A DNA stretch of 64,000 nucleotides from an uncultured Gammaproteobacteria bacterium (GCA_963714905.1 CAVQPZ010000001.1:30708-94707), one strand, 5' to 3'; positions 33,527-49,851 are shown, numbered from the stretch's first letter. The notes: generated by a model from the sequence alone, not told the origin. Numbers and translations: made by a program.

Positions 33527-34930
33527 ATGCTTCCCCTCGTCGCCCTGGTCGGGCGCCCCAACGTCGGCAAGTCCACGCTGTTCAATGCGACTGACGCGCA
33601 CCCGTGATGCGCTGGTGCATGACCAGCCGGGCGTGACCCGCGACCGCAACTACGGCGTCTGTCGCCTGCTGGAGGCCGCGCCTTTCGTGCTGGTCGATAC
33701 CGGCGGTATTGCCGGCGAGGACGAAGGTCTGGCCGGCGCCACCGCGCGCCAGTCGCGCGCTGCCGCCGAAGAAGCAGACCTGATCCTGTTCGTGGTCGAT
33801 GGCCGCGAAGGCAGTTCTTCGCTGGACGACGACATCCTGCGCTGGCTGCGCAAGCTGTCGAAACCGACCTTGCTGGTGATCAACAAGAGTGACGGCATCG
33901 ACCTGCAGTCGGCGTTGTCCGAATTCGCCCGTTATGGCTTTGGCGAGGCGTTGCCGGTGTCATCCGCGCACCGCACCGGCATCGATGAATTGCTGGCCCG
34001 GGTCCAGAGCCGAATTGCCTGCGCAGGGCAGCACCGAAACCCTGGACGATGATCCCGACGCGCATCCGCATCGCCTTCGTCGGCCGCCCGAACGTCGGCA
34101 AGTCGACCTTGGTCAACCGCATCCTCGGCGAGGAGCGGATGATCGCCTCGGAAGTGCCGGGCACCACCCGCGATTCGATCGCGGTGGACCTGGAGCGCGA
34201 TGGCCGCAAGTATCGATTGATCGATACCGCCGGCCTGCGCCGCCGCGCCAGGGTCGAGGAAGCCGTCGAGAAGTTCTCGGTGGTCAAGACCCTGCAGGCG
34301 ATCGAGCAATGCCAGGTCGCGGTGCTGATGCTGGACGCCACCGAAGGCGTCACCGACCAGGACGCAACCGTGCTGGGCGCGGTGCTTGATGCCGGCCGGG
34401 CATTGGTCATCGCTGTCAACAAATGGGACGGCCGCACCGACTACGAACGCCAGCAGACCGAGACCCTGATTTCGCGCAAGCTGAGCTTCGTGGAATGGTC
34501 GGAGAACGTGCGCATCTCGGCATTGCATGGCTCCGGCCTGCGCGAACTGTTCCGCGCCATCCATCGTGCGCATGCCTCAGCCACCCACGTATTCAGTACC
34601 GCCGACGTCACCCGTGCGGTGGAAGCCGCTTATGAGGCCAACCCGCCGCCGGTGGTGCGCGGGCATGTGGCCAAGATGCGTTTCGCCCATCCGGGCGCCG
34701 AGAGCCCGCCGACGTTCATCGTCCACGGCACGCGCCTGAAGACCCTGTCCCCGACCTACAAACGCTATCTGGAAAACTTCTTCCGCAAGCGTTTCAAGCT
34801 GGTCGGCACGCCGATCCGCTTCCTGTTCCGCGAGGGTGAAAATCCCTACAAGGACAAGAAGAACGTGCTGACGCCGAGCCAGGTTGCCAAGAAGCAGCGC
34901 CTGATCCGTCACGTCAAGCGCAACAAGTAA
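33527..34930 (+). CDS. der: Ribosome biogenesis GTPase Der (frameshifts near 33590 and 34020-34050)
   Basis: Two [10 protein letters not shown]-loops, DTGG/DTAG, NKSD/NKWD, C-terminal KH-like domain. Confidence 0.95.
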
Positions 34931-34962
34931 TCCTGCGGCGTGCACAGCAGTACCTGCCGGGA

Positions 34963-35547
34963 ATGAAACAGGCATTGGATCGAACGCAGGTGACCTTGGG
35001 CATTCTGGCAGGTGGCCGGGCCAGTCGCCTGGGCGGGCGCGACAAGGCCTGGCTGCAGCGCGCGGGCGTTCCGCAGGTGATCCGGCTGGCACGGCGCTTC
35101 GAGGCCGAGTGCGGCACGGTGCTGGTCAGTGCCAATGCTGACCTTGGACGCTATGCGGAGCAGGGCTTGGGCGTGGTGTCCGACCGTGTGCCGGCATTCG
35201 GACCGATCGGCGGATTGCAGGCATTGGCCGAGGCCTGCACACGCCATGGCTGCTGACGCTGCCGGTCGATGTCGTCGACACCAATGAATGCCTGTTGCGC
35301 ACGCTGGCGATGGCTGGCGACGCCGGTGCGGTCGCCGAGGACGACGATGGCCTGCAACCGCTGGTCGCGTTGTATCGCGTCGAATCCCTGCGTGCCGTCA
35401 TCGCGGCCGCGCTGGCCGCAGACGAGCATGCGATCCAGGCCATGCAGGCGCGGCTTGAGTTTGCCACGGGTCCGGTTCAGCGGCATGCGCTTCGGCAATC
35501 TCAACACGCCCGAAGACTTGCAGGCAGCCTGTATCGATGATGCGTGA
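34963..35547 (+). CDS. mobA: Molybdenum cofactor guanylyltransferase (frameshifted)
   Basis: ILAGGRASRLGGRDK, GPIGG, LPVD, QPL, NLNTPEDL. Confidence 0.85.
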
Positions 35548-35609
35548 TCGCGGTTTTGCCTGAACTTCGCGTCGACCTCGTGCAGGTGGACTGGGCGATA
35601 ATCAGCGGC

Positions 35610-36738
35610 ATGGCAATTCGATAGCTGACTCCCGATGAAGCTCTCGCCTGCCTGCGTGCAGGTGCGCTGTTGATCGATGTGCGCGGCGACCACGAGCACG
35701 CGCTGGGCATGGCCGAGGGTGCACGCGGGATCGACCGCGCCGTGCTGGAGGTCGATCCGAGTGAAGTCTTGCCCGACCTTGATGCCGAGATACTGTTGCT
35801 GTGCCAGCGTGGCCAGCGTTCGCAGCAGTGCGCACTGCTGCTCCGGGCGCACGGCTATCGCAACATCGCCTCGGTCGTGGGTGGAACCGAGGCCTGGGAT
35901 GCCGCGGGGTTGCCGATGCAGCGTGCCGACATCGACATCGATTTCAGCGAACGCTATTCGCGGCACCTGCGCTTGCCGGAAGTTGGCCTGGCTGGCCAGA
36001 AGCGCTTGCAGGCGACGCGCATGCTGCTGGTCGGTGCGGGCGGGTTGGGTTCGCCGGCGGCGTTCTATCTGGCTGCGGCGGGCATCGGCACCTTGCGGAT
36101 CGCCGATGACGACGTGGTGGATCTCAGCAACCTGCAGCGCCAGATCCTGCACACGGATGCACGCATCGGCATGCCGAAGGTGGAATCAGCGGCGATCGCA
36201 CTGTCCGCACTCAATCCGCGCACCACTGATCGAAGCCGTCAACGAGCGGATCACGGCCGCCAACGTCGAGCGCATCCTCGAGGGCGTCGACATCGTGATC
36301 GATGGGGCTGACAACTTCCCGGTGCGCTACCTGCTCAACGATGCCTGCGTGAAGCTCGGCAAGCCGCTGGTGTACGGCGCAGTGCATCGGTTCGAAGGGC
36401 AGGTGAGCGTGTTCGATGCCGGCCGACAGCGCGGCGTGGCGCCGTGCTATCGCTGTCTGTTCCCTGAGCCACCACCGCCCGAGGCTGCCCCGAATTGCTC
36501 GGAGGCCGGGGTGCTCGGCGTCCTGCCAGGCGTGATCGGCTTGTTGCAGGCCACCGAGGCGATCAAGTTGGTGCTGGGCATTGGCGATTCCCTGCGCGGA
36601 CGCCTGCTGCAGTTCGATGCACTGGCCATGCGTTTCCGCGAAACCCGCCTGGCTGCGGATCCCGCGTGTCCGGTTTGCGCGCCGGATCGCGCATTCTCGG
36701 GGTATGCGGATTACGCCGCGTTCTGCGCGGGCCCGTGA
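35610..36738 (+). CDS. moeB: Rhodanese-MoeB molybdopterin-synthase adenylyltransferase (TAG at codon 5, frameshift near 36225)
   Basis: N-terminal rhodanese (LIDVR, CQRGQRS), RYSRH, GAGGLG, SNLQRQ, CYRC, CPVC. Confidence 0.88.
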
Positions 36739-36768
36739 TCCACTTCATTCCGAAAACCGGAGCACCGG

Positions 36769-37815
36769 ATGTATCTGAAATTCGTGGTTGGCCTGTTGCT
36801 CGTGGCGCTGGCGGGCGGCGCGACCGCTTCGGACCAGTGTCCGCTCCTGCGCAGTCGACAGGCCGACCCTGACATCGCCACGCGAATCGCAGCGGTGGCC
36901 TGTGATGAACACATGGAATGGTATCGTCCATTCATCGACGGCGATGGCCGCCTGGCCAGCAGTACCGTGGTCGAGGCGGAAAGCACGCGATCTGCAGAGC
37001 GGTGCGGGTCCGGTCTGGTTGCGGGTGGCGGCGTATTGGCGCGATGCCAGCCTGCTGCAGCAAATGGGTGGTTACCCAGGGTGCCAACGAGTGCGCCTAT
37101 GCGAGCGCGGCCGGCGGGATGCCGGCGCAGGCCTGCCGGGCTTCGTGGTCGACCAGCCGTGGTCGGCAGCCTTCATCTCGTGGACGATGCAGCGCGCCGG
37201 AGTGCCCGGGTTCCTGTCATCGCCCAGCCATTTCGACTACGTACGCGCGGCACGCAGGAATCCGCAGGGCAGTCCTTATCTGTTCCTCGATCCACAGGCC
37301 ACGGTGCCAGCCACGGGCGACATGCTGTGCTACGTGCGCACCAGTCGCGTGTATGGCCACGCCGGACTGGCCGAAGCGATCGATGGTGGCGCGAAGGGCT
37401 TGAAGATGCACTGCGACATCGTGGTCGCCGCCAATCCCGGCGGCGACAGCCGCGCCTATCTGGTCGGTGGCAATGTGCAGCAGGCCGTCACCATGCGGCG
37501 TGCTCAATCTGAATGCGATGGGTCGCTTCTGGAACCTGCCGATGCGTTCGCAGGGTGATGTGTCGTGTTCGCCGGACGCGCCGTGCCGCGTGCAATTTCA
37601 ATCGCCAGGATTGGGCCGTACTGCTGAAGCTGAAACCGCAGGCACAGCTCGCATTGATGCCGCCCGTCCGGATGTTGCCCGCACCGCGCGTGCCTGCTGT
37701 CCCAGCCGACATGCTGCGTGCGTTGCGTGCTGGGTGCCGTGCCCGAAATCCCGCGCTGCCCGGTCGACGGCACCCAGGGTGCAGCGCACCACGCCGGAGC
37801 CACGACGCCGACTGA
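36769..37815 (+). CDS. Secreted DUF2272-like (CHAP-related) protein, several frameshifts
   Basis: Signal peptide; PWSAAFISW, HFDYV, GDMLCY, HCDIVV, VGGNV motifs. Confidence 0.7.
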
Positions 37816-37820
37816 TCGCT

Positions 37821-38024
37821 TCAGTCTTTCGGGGCAGGCTTGCGCTTGGGGCGGGGCTTGGCCCGATGGTCGATCTGCACGCCCAGCACCACGTGGCAAT
37901 GGATGCAGCTATGGCTGATGCAACGTGACTTGCTCACGCCATCCACCATGCCGACCACGGTTTCGACATTGACGTGCAACACCCGCTTGCCGCATTTCGG
38001 ACAGACGCCCTGGATCGTCATCAT
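37821..38024 (-). CDS. Small Zn-ribbon-like hypothetical protein (67 aa)
   Basis: CPKC...CIHC, basic tail KPRPKRKP, AGGGGG RBS upstream. Confidence 0.6.
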   Translation of the reverse strand: MMTIQGVCPKCGKRVLHVNVETVVGMVDGVSKSRCISHSCIHCHVVLGVQIDHRAKPRPKRKPAPKD

Positions 38025-38128
38025 GATGCTGTTGCCCCCTTGATTTTGGCCTGGTGCCGCACATTGAACTCGCTGAAGTGCATACCGTACACCGCTTCAC
38101 GGGCCTCGTCGCGGCTCATGTCGGTCAT
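38021..38128 (-). pseudogene. Possible DUF1244 C-terminal remnant
   Basis: MSRDEAREAVYGMHFSEFNVRHQ resembles the DUF1244 ARExVYGMPYxEWKxxxQ motif as I recall it; no room for the N-terminal part. Confidence 0.5.
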
Positions 38129-38182
38129 CGCTGGCCTGCTGGGCGATAATGTGACTTCCGAATGTAACGCATCGCCGTACGC

Positions 38183-39063
38183 ATGACTGCAGAAGCCCTC
38201 GCAACCCGCGCGCATCCTTGATGGCAAGCGCATCGCCGACGATCTCCTGGGCGGCCTCAAGGCCCAGGTCGACGCCCGGCTCGCCGCTGGCAAACCACGC
38301 CCGGGACTCGCCGTGGTGCTGGTGGGACAGGATCCAGCCTCGCAGTCCTACGTGCGCAACAAGCGACGTGCGGCCGACAAGGTCGGCATCGAGGCCTTCG
38401 ACTACGACATGCCTGCAGGCACCAGCGAAACTGAACTGCTGGCGTTGATCGACAAGCTCAATGCCGATCCCGCGGTGCACGGCATCCTGGTTCAGCTGCC
38501 ATTGCCGGGAATTGCCGATGCCAGCCGCCTGATCCACCGCATCGACCCGCGCAAGGACGTCGATGGATTCCATCCGGAAAACGTGGGTCACCTGGCCTTG
38601 CGTGAGTTCGGATTGCGCCCGTGCACACCGCGCGGGATCACCACCTTGCTGGCCTACACCGACCGCCCGGTGCGCGGGCAGAGCGCGACGATTGTCGGGG
38701 TGTCCAACCACGTGGGCAGGCCAATGGCCCTGGAGCTGTTGATCGCCGGTTGCACGGTCACCAGTTGCCACAAGTTCACGCCGCCGGAGGTGCTGCGCCG
38801 GCATGTGGGCGAGGCCGATATCCTGGTCGTCGCGGTCGGTCGTCCCGGTTTGATCCCTGGTGACTGGATCAAGCCCGGTGCAGTGGTGATCGACGTCGGC
38901 ATCAACCGCCTGGACGACGGCCGGCTGGTGGGCGATGTCGGTTTCGACGCATGCCGCCAAGCGCGCCAGTTGGATCACGCCGGTGCCGGGTGGAGTGGGG
39001 CCGATGACCGTGGCCACGCTGATGCAGAACACGCTTGAAGCCGCGGAACTGGCCGACGCCTGA
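38183..39063 (+). CDS. folD: Methylenetetrahydrofolate dehydrogenase/cyclohydrolase (frameshifts near both ends)
   Basis: [45 protein letters not shown]. Confidence 0.95.
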
Positions 39064-39112
39064 GGCCCCCAAACCCGGTACAATGGCGCGCTTCACCTCC
39101 ACCGGACCGGCC

Positions 39113-40574
<1,462 letters not shown>

Positions 40575-40703
40575 GGCAGGCCGCTGGCGCGGCACAGCCC
40601 GCGCGGCCTGTCGAACGCCCGACCATGGAGGGTCGGGCAGGACGATCCGCAGCCTGGGTGCTGCGCCATGGATGGCGACGATTATTTCCAGAATGCGAAT
40701 CCC

Positions 40704-42822
<2,119 letters not shown>

Positions 42823-42887
42823 CCCGGCGCCACTGTGTGCAGGGTGTGCCGGTATCATGCCCTGACTTGAAGGGAGCATGCGACAAC

Positions 42888-43469
42888 ATGGCAGCCGACA
42901 ACACCGCAGACAACGCCAACGAACGCCTGGTCTGGATCGATCTTGAAATGACCGGACTGGATACCGACCGCGATGGCATCCTGGAGATTGCCACCATCGT
43001 CACCGATGGCCAGCTGAACTTTCTGGCGGAGGGCCCGGACCTGGCCATCGCGCATCCGCTGGCGACGCTGGAAGCGATGGACGACTGGAACCGCACCCAG
43101 CATGGAAAATCCGGCTTGTGGGCGCGGGTGCTGGAGCAGGGTGTACCGCTCGCCGAAGCCGAAGCGCGGACGCTGGCGTTCCTGCAGGAGTGGGTGCCGG
43201 CGAAGGCATCGCCGATGTGCGGCAATTCGATCTGCCAGGACCGGCGCTTCATGCACCGGCTGATGCCTGCACTGGAAGCACATTTCCATTATCGCAACAT
43301 GGACGTGAGCACCATCAAGGAGTTGGCAAGACGCTGGTCGCCCGCAACCATGGCAGGCTTCCAGAAGGAGTCCGCGCATACTGCATTGAGTGACGTGCGC
43401 GACTCAATCGATGAGCTGCGGCATTATCGGCAATTCATGGGCAGCTTGGCCGGATTGCAGGTGGACTGA
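42888..43469 (+). CDS. orn: Oligoribonuclease
   Basis: [27 protein letters not shown]. Confidence 0.96.
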   Translation: MAADNTADNANERLVWIDLEMTGLDTDRDGILEIATIVTDGQLNFLAEGPDLAIAHPLATLEAMDDWNRTQHGKSGLWARVLEQGVPLAEAEARTLAFLQEWVPAKASPMCGNSICQDRRFMHRLMPALEAHFHYRNMDVSTIKELARRWSPATMAGFQKESAHTALSDVRDSIDELRHYRQFMGSLAGLQVD

Positions 43470-43556
43470 CGCCAAGCAGGGCACTGATTACGCCCATTTG
43501 GCGGGGTGGTCATCATGAAAGCCCGGGGCCGTGCGGCGAAGCTTCCTGATCCGCGC

Positions 43557-44471
43557 TCAGTCGCTGGCGGCTGCAGCGGCGGCATTGACGATGACATCCT
43601 CATCGCTGCCTTGGTTCACTCCAGCATCCTTTGTCGCGTGGTGGTAGATGTGCACGTCGCGCTGCGGGAAGGGGATGCTGATGCCGGCATCGGTGAACTC
43701 GCGATGCACCGCTTCGGTCAGTTCGCTGCGGGTCGGCACGAATACGTCGGTCTTGATCCATGCGCGCAGCACCAGGTTCACGCTGCTCTCGCCCAGGTCG
43801 GTCACGAGTACCTCGGTGGCAGGCTTGCGCAGCACCGCGGGATTCGCCCTGGCGATCGCGAGCAATACGTCGCGGGCGCGATCCACGCGTTCGCCATAGC
43901 CGATTCCCACCGTGATGTCGGCTCGGCGCAACGGTTTGTAGGTGAGGTTGATGATCGGCTTGGTGGTGATTTCACTGTTGGGCAGCACGATCAACTCGTT
44001 CTGGTAAGTACGCAGGCGCGTGGTGAAGATGCGGACCTGCTCCACCACGCCTTCCACGCCGGCGACCTGCACTGAATCACCTGCGTTGAACGGGCGCTGC
44101 ATGATCAGCATCAGGCCCGATGCGATGTTGGACAGCGAATCCTTCAAGGCCAGGCCGATTGCAAGACCTGCCGCGCCCAGCATGGCCAGCAGGGAAGTGG
44201 TCGGCACGCCGAACTTCTGCAGCGCCGCGATCACCACTACCACCATCAGCGCGGCAAATATCGCATTGCGCACGAAACCGCGCAGGATCTCGTCCGCCTC
44301 CATCTTTACCAGCGGTTTGTCCAGGAGGCGCGAGATCCAGCGCGCCAACCACCATCCGACCAGCACGATCAGCAACGCGGCGGCCAGATCGATTGCCTTG
44401 TCCACCATGCCTGCGCTCAACCACGCGCGTGGATCGATTGCCGCAGCAGCCTCGGCCACGGGATTGGTCAT
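43557..44471 (-). CDS. mscS: Small-conductance mechanosensitive channel
   Basis: [23 protein letters not shown] motif, [11 protein letters not shown]. Confidence 0.9.
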   Translation of the reverse strand: MTNPVAEAAAAIDPRAWLSAGMVDKAIDLAAALLIVLVGWWLARWISRLLDKPLVKMEADEILRGFVRNAIFAALMVVVVIAALQKFGVPTTSLLAMLGAAGLAIGLALKDSLSNIASGLMLIMQRPFNAGDSVQVAGVEGVVEQVRIFTTRLRTYQNELIVLPNSEITTKPIINLTYKPLRRADITVGIGYGERVDRARDVLLAIARANPAVLRKPATEVLVTDLGESSVNLVLRAWIKTDVFVPTRSELTEAVHREFTDAGISIPFPQRDVHIYHHATKDAGVNQGSDEDVIVNAAAAAASD

Positions 44472-46867
44472 TTCTTCGACTTCGCGAGTGCCAACCAGGT
44501 ATCGACCACGGTGTCAGGATTGAGCGAGACCGATTCGATGCCCTGTTCCATCAGCCACACAGCGAGATCAGGGTGATCGCTTGGGCCCTGGCCACAGATG
44601 CCGATGTACTTGCCCCTGGCGCGCGCCGCCTTGATCGCCATTGCCAGCAGCTTTTTCACCGCCGGGTCGCGCTCGTCGAACAGGTTCGCGACGATTGCCG
44701 AGTCGCGGTCCAGTCCCAGGGTCAGCTGGGTCATGTCGTTGGAGCCGATCGAGAAGCCGTCGAAGATGTCGAGGAACTCGTCGGCCAGCAATGCATTCGA
44801 TGGCAGTTCACACATCATGATGACTTTCAGCCCGCCGCCGTCACCGCACACGTCGCCCTGGACCAGTCCATTCTCACGCAGCACCTCGATTACCTTGCGG
44901 CCTTCATCGAGCGTGCGCACGAACGGGATCATCACCCACAGGTTGTCCAGCCCCATGTCCTCGCGAACGCGCTTGACCGCTCTGCATTCCAGCGCGAACG
45001 CATCGCGGAAGGACGGGTCGATGTAGCGGCTCGCACCACGGAAACCGATCATCGGGTTTTCTTCATGTGGCTCGTAGCGCGCGCCGCCGATCAGGTTGGC
45101 GTATTCGTTGGACTTGAAGTCCGACAACCGCACGATGACCGGTTTCGGCGCAACCGACGCGGTGATCGTGGCGATGCCCTCGGCCAGCCGATCCACGTAG
45201 AACTCGACCGGCCCGGCATAGCCGGCGATGCGTTCGTCGATCTTCGCCTTGGTGACCGCATCCTGCAGCTCGTATTCCAGCAATGCCTTGGGATGCACGC
45301 CGATATGGCTGGCAATGATCATTTCCAGCCTGGCAAGTCCGATCCCTGCATTGGGCAACATGCCGAAGTCGAACGCACGATCCGGGTTGCCCACGTTCAT
45401 CATGATCTTCAGCGGAGCGGGCGGCATGTTGCCGAGGTCGGTGGTGGTGCGCTCGAAGGGCAGGGCACCCGCGTAGATGAAGCCGGTGTCGCCTTCGGCG
45501 CAACTCACGGTGACTTCATCGCCATCCTTGATCCGGTCCAGCGCATCGCCGGTGCCGACCACGGCAGGCACGCCGAGCTCGCGCGCGATGATGGCGGCAT
45601 GGCAGGTGCGACCGCCACGGTTGGTCACGATGGCCGCCGAGCGCTTCATCACCGGCTCCCAGTCGGGGTCGGTCATGTCGGCGACCAGCACGTCGCCTGG
45701 CTGCACGCGATTCATGTCCTCCAGCGTGCGAACCACGCGGGCGATGCCACTGCCGATACGGGCGCCGATCGCGCGGCCCTGGGCCAGCACGGCACCGCGC
45801 TGTCCCAGGCTGTAACGCTCGATCTGGTTCGCATGCGCGCGCGATTTCACCGTCTCTGGCCGTGCCTGAAGGATGTAGAGCTTGCCGCTGATGCCATCCT
45901 TGCCCCATTCGATGTCCATCGGGCGGCCGTAATGCTGTTCGATGACCAGCGCCTGCCTTGACAGTTCGTGCACGTCGGTATCGCTGAGCGAAAACCTGCC
46001 ACGCAGCTCGACCGGTGTGTCTTCGATCCGCACGCGCTCGCCCGGGGCGTCGGAATACACCATTCGCACCTGCTTGCTGCCAAGCGAGCGGCGCAGGATC
46101 GCGGGCTTGCCGGCTTTGAGCGTGGGTTTGTAGACGTAGAACTCGTCCGGGTTGACCGCACCCTGCACGATCATCTCGCCCAGGCCATGGCTGGCGGTGA
46201 CGAAGACCACGTCGCGGAAGCCCGATTCGGTGTCGAGCGTGAACAGCACGCCGGAAACGCCGCAGTCCGAGCGCACCATCAGTTGCACGCCGGCGGACAG
46301 GAACACGTCTTCGTGGGCAAAACCGTGGTGTACGCGATAAGCGATCGCACGGTCGTTGTAGAGGCTCGCGAAGACTTCCTTGACCTTGCGCACCACGTCG
46401 TCTGCGCCAGTGACGTTGAGGTAAGTCTCTTGCTGGCCGGCAAAGCTGGCGTCGGGCAGGTCCTCGGCAGTAGCCGATGAGCGCACGGCGACCGCGATGT
46501 CGCCGCCGCCGTTGTCGGCGCACAGCGTCGAGTAAGCCTCGCGGATGTCGGCATCCAGCTCGGGTTGCAGCGGGGCGTCCATCACCCAGCCCCGGATCAG
46601 CGCACCCGCTGCGGTCAACGCCGGAACGTCCTCCACATCGACCGTTGCCAGCTTGTCGTAGATCCGCGCGTGCAGGTCGTTGTGGGCGATGAAGGCCTGG
46701 AATGCGTCGGCGGTCGTGGCGAAACCCCCGGGTACCGATACGCCGAGCCCGGACAACTCGCCGATCATTTCACCAAGGGAGGAGTTCTTGCCACCGACCT
46801 GGGCGAGGTCGGCGAGGCGCAGGTGATGCAGCCACAGGACGTTCTTGATCATGGCGGGGGCGCTCAA
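44468..46867 (-). CDS. ppsA: Phosphoenolpyruvate synthase
   Basis: [39 protein letters not shown]. Confidence 0.97.
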   Translation of the reverse strand: MSAPAMIKNVLWLHHLRLADLAQVGGKNSSLGEMIGELSGLGVSVPGGFATTADAFQAFIAHNDLHARIYDKLATVDVEDVPALTAAGALIRGWVMDAPLQPELDADIREAYSTLCADNGGGDIAVAVRSSATAEDLPDASFAGQQETYLNVTGADDVVRKVKEVFASLYNDRAIAYRVHHGFAHEDVFLSAGVQLMVRSDCGVSGVLFTLDTESGFRDVVFVTASHGLGEMIVQGAVNPDEFYVYKPTLKAGKPAILRRSLGSKQVRMVYSDAPGERVRIEDTPVELRGRFSLSDTDVHELSRQALVIEQHYGRPMDIEWGKDGISGKLYILQARPETVKSRAHANQIERYSLGQRGAVLAQGRAIGARIGSGIARVVRTLEDMNRVQPGDVLVADMTDPDWEPVMKRSAAIVTNRGGRTCHAAIIARELGVPAVVGTGDALDRIKDGDEVTVSCAEGDTGFIYAGALPFERTTTDLGNMPPAPLKIMMNVGNPDRAFDFGMLPNAGIGLARLEMIIASHIGVHPKALLEYELQDAVTKAKIDERIAGYAGPVEFYVDRLAEGIATITASVAPKPVIVRLSDFKSNEYANLIGGARYEPHEENPMIGFRGASRYIDPSFRDAFALECRAVKRVREDMGLDNLWVMIPFVRTLDEGRKVIEVLRENGLVQGDVCGDGGGLKVIMMCELPSNALLADEFLDIFDGFSIGSNDMTQLTLGLDRDSAIVANLFDERDPAVKKLLAMAIKAARARGKYIGICGQGPSDHPDLAVWLMEQGIESVSLNPDTVVDTWLALAKSKK

Positions 46868-46958
46868 GGCAGGCTCCGTGTGTGGGGATGGCGACGCAAA
46901 CGCGCCGAAACCGCTATTTTACAACGGTCGCCCATGAAGACCGACTACGATCATCAAG

Positions 46959-47780
46959 ATGACTGACATTCGCCCCGTGTTCTATGTTTCCGATGGTACG
47001 GGTATTACCGCTGAAACCATTGGCCACAGCCTGTTGGCCCAGTTCACGGGGTGCCGTTACAAGACCGACCGGGTCCCGTTTGTCGATACGCCGGAGAAGG
47101 CTCTGGAGGCGGCTCGCCGTATCCGCGCCGCAGGCGATGCGGCAGGCGTGCGCCCGATCGTGGTGAATTCCGGGATGGATCCCGAATTGAACGCGCTGCT
47201 GGCCAGCAGCGGCGCCTTGATGCTGGACGTGTTCGCGCCGTTCATCGCCCCGCTGGAAGAAGAACTTGGCGCCAGCCGTCAGTTGCGGGTCGGGCAGGCG
47301 CACGGGATCGTCGACTTCGATGCCTACCATCGCCGCATCAATGCGATGAACTATGCACTGACCCACGACGACGGCATGAACATCGACTATGCCGAGGCCG
47401 ACCTGATCCTCGTCGCGGTCTCGCGTGCGGGCAAGACACCGACCTGCGTGTACCTGGCCCTGCACCACGGCATCCGTGCGGCCAATTACCCGCTGACCGA
47501 AGAGGACCTGGAGGTCGAGCGCCTGCCAGCCAAGCTGCGCGCTCACCGCTACAAACTGTTCGGGCTCACTATCGACCCGATCCGCTTGCAGCAGATTCGC
47601 CAGGAACGCAGGCCGAATTCGCGTTATTCGCAGCTCGATACCTGCAAGCGTGAAGTCGCGCAAGCCGAGGCCATGCTCAAGCGCGAAGGCATCGAACTGC
47701 TGAGTACCACGAATGCGTCGATCGAGGAAATTTCGAGCCGCGTGCTTGAGCACCTTGGTCTCAGTCGCGGGATGTTCTGA
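46959..47780 (+). CDS. ppsR: PEP synthase regulatory kinase/pyrophosphorylase
   Basis: [22 protein letters not shown]; divergent from ppsA. Confidence 0.93.
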   Translation: MTDIRPVFYVSDGTGITAETIGHSLLAQFTGCRYKTDRVPFVDTPEKALEAARRIRAAGDAAGVRPIVVNSGMDPELNALLASSGALMLDVFAPFIAPLEEELGASRQLRVGQAHGIVDFDAYHRRINAMNYALTHDDGMNIDYAEADLILVAVSRAGKTPTCVYLALHHGIRAANYPLTEEDLEVERLPAKLRAHRYKLFGLTIDPIRLQQIRQERRPNSRYSQLDTCKREVAQAEAMLKREGIELLSTTNASIEEISSRVLEHLGLSRGMF

Positions 47781-47922
47781 GCGAGAGGTTCCGGGCATTC
47801 GCGCGAGCATCGGCGGACGTGGTGCCCGGAGTAAGATTGCTGTTGGCCTGATCTGGCTTGTTCGCGATTCGCGTTTCCAGCCAAGACCGCCATGGGTTTC
47901 ACTCACACACCGGGAGATACGG

Positions 47923-49236
47923 ATGCACCGTCGCAACTTGGCTTGGTTGATCTCCGTGGCAATCGCCTGCAGCAGCATGGCGCAGGCCGCGGCGCCAATA
48001 CCTGGCAAGACCGATGCAGCATTGGCCGCGCGCGTCGCCAAGGTGCTGGCCGACACACCGCTGATTGATGGCCACAATGACCTGCCATGGGAATTGCGCG
48101 CGCGCGGCGATGTCGACCTGCGCGTGGATCAATCGAAGCTGGGTGGGGCTGCCGATGGGCAAACGCCACTGATGACCGACATTCCGCGCATGCGCGCAGG
48201 AGGCATCGGAGGCCAGTTCTGGTCTGTCTGGATTCCCTCATCGACGACAGGCCCGGCCGCAGTGCAGATGACGATGGAAGAAATCGACATCGTGCGCTCG
48301 ATGGTTGCGCGCTATCCCGAAGCGTTCGAGATGGCCTATACCGCCGACGATATCGAGCGCATCCATCGCGAAGGTCGCATCGCCTCCTTGATCGGCATCG
48401 AGGGCGGGCATCAGATCAATGATTCGATGGCGATGTTGCGCCAGATGCACGTGCTGGGCGCGCGCTACATGACCCTGACCCACACCAGCAACAATGCGTG
48501 GGCGGACTCGGCCACCGCGGACCCTGTGCATCATGGCCTGACGCCGTTCGGCAAAGCGGTGGTTGGCGAGATGAACCGGCTCGGCATGCTGGTCGACCTC
48601 AGTCATGTCTCACCCGATGCGATGCGTCAGGCCATTGCGACCAGCGCCGCACCGGTCATGTTCTCCCACTCCAATGCGCGTGCACTGATCGATCATCCGC
48701 GCGGCGTTCCCGATGAGGTGTTGCAACTGGTGGCGAAGAATCACGGCATCGTGATGGTCAATTTCTATACAGGCTATGTTTCGGCAGCGAGTGCACGTTG
48801 GAGTGCCGATCGCGCGGCGGAACAATCCCGCTTCAATGCGCCGCCCTATGGCGGCCTGTACATCGGGCAGCCGGAACGAGCCAAGGCGGCGTTGGCCGAA
48901 TGGGATAAGCGGCATCCTGAGCCCGTGGTGACGCTGGGCATGGTCGCCGACCACATTGAACATATCCGCAAGGTGGCGGGCGTGGAGAACGTCGGCATTG
49001 GTTCTGATTTCGATGGCATCTCGACCACGCCGGAAGGGCTGAATGCCGTCGACAAATACCCGGCACTGTTGATCGAGCTTGCGCGGCGTGGCTGGAGTGA
49101 CGCAGACCTTGCTGCGCTGGCTGGCGGCAACATGCTGCGGGTGATGCGCGAAGCAGAGACCGTGGCCAGGCGCTTGCAGGCGACCCGTTCGCCTTCGGCG
49201 CTTACGATTGATGGCAAGCCGTTGGCAGCTGATTGA
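47923..49236 (+). CDS. Secreted membrane dipeptidase (peptidase M19)
   Basis: Signal peptide, IDGHNDLPW, GIEGGH, DLSH, FSHS, GSDFDG. Confidence 0.92.
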   Translation: MHRRNLAWLISVAIACSSMAQAAAPIPGKTDAALAARVAKVLADTPLIDGHNDLPWELRARGDVDLRVDQSKLGGAADGQTPLMTDIPRMRAGGIGGQFWSVWIPSSTTGPAAVQMTMEEIDIVRSMVARYPEAFEMAYTADDIERIHREGRIASLIGIEGGHQINDSMAMLRQMHVLGARYMTLTHTSNNAWADSATADPVHHGLTPFGKAVVGEMNRLGMLVDLSHVSPDAMRQAIATSAAPVMFSHSNARALIDHPRGVPDEVLQLVAKNHGIVMVNFYTGYVSAASARWSADRAAEQSRFNAPPYGGLYIGQPERAKAALAEWDKRHPEPVVTLGMVADHIEHIRKVAGVENVGIGSDFDGISTTPEGLNAVDKYPALLIELARRGWSDADLAALAGGNMLRVMREAETVARRLQATRSPSALTIDGKPLAAD

Positions 49237-49333
49237 GGTCACGGCAGTACGCGCGACCAGACTCCCAACCTAGGCCTCGAAACCACATTCGTCAATCCTG
49301 CCGCAATCGCGATTGCGCGTGTAGGATCAGGCC

Positions 49334-49817
49334 ATGAGTGCTGCACTTGCCCGTTGCGTCCCCTTGCCGCGCATCAGCCGCTTCGGTTGGCTGATGGGGC
49401 TTGTATGCGGAGAACCATTCACGCATGCAGCGGCTGTTCGAGCCGGCAGATCTTTCCTGCGGCAACTACATTTCCAGCATCGGCGACGGACTCGACCTTC
49501 AGCTTGAAGTGATCGAGCGCCATGCCTACACGGTCGAACTGCGGTTGAGCTATGGCCTGGTCGATCCGCAAACCGGCCTGCGCGATCCTTCTGCCAGCCT
49601 GCGGCTGTATCGCGATGCACGCCAGGTAGAGGCGACCCATTGCTATGCCGGTCGGCGCTGGCAGGACGTGATCGGCATGTATCCCCCGCCCAGGCGCATC
49701 CTCGACCACCGGCTGCGCATGAACACTTTCCTCGGCAAGTGGCTGGAATACCTGGCCGAGCAGGGGCATGGCGTGGCCACGCTGCGACCATGCCCGCAGG
49801 AATTCAGGATCGCCTGA
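49334..49817 (+). CDS. DUF1249 (YqiB-like) protein, frameshift near 49400
   Basis: LMGL/YAENH, RLYRDARQVE, MNTFLGKWLEYLAEQGH. Confidence 0.78.
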
Positions 49818-49827
49818 CGCAGAAACG

Positions 49828-49851
49828 AAAAAGGCCACCCGGAGGTGACCT
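49828..49851 (-). terminator. tRNA operon terminator
   Basis: Minus strand AGGTCACC-TCCG-GGTGGCCT followed by TTTT. Confidence 0.8.

Noticed and set aside
40575-40703. Possible purine riboswitch between guaB and guaA
   Set aside because: Only generic GC-rich hairpins; no recognisable aptamer consensus.
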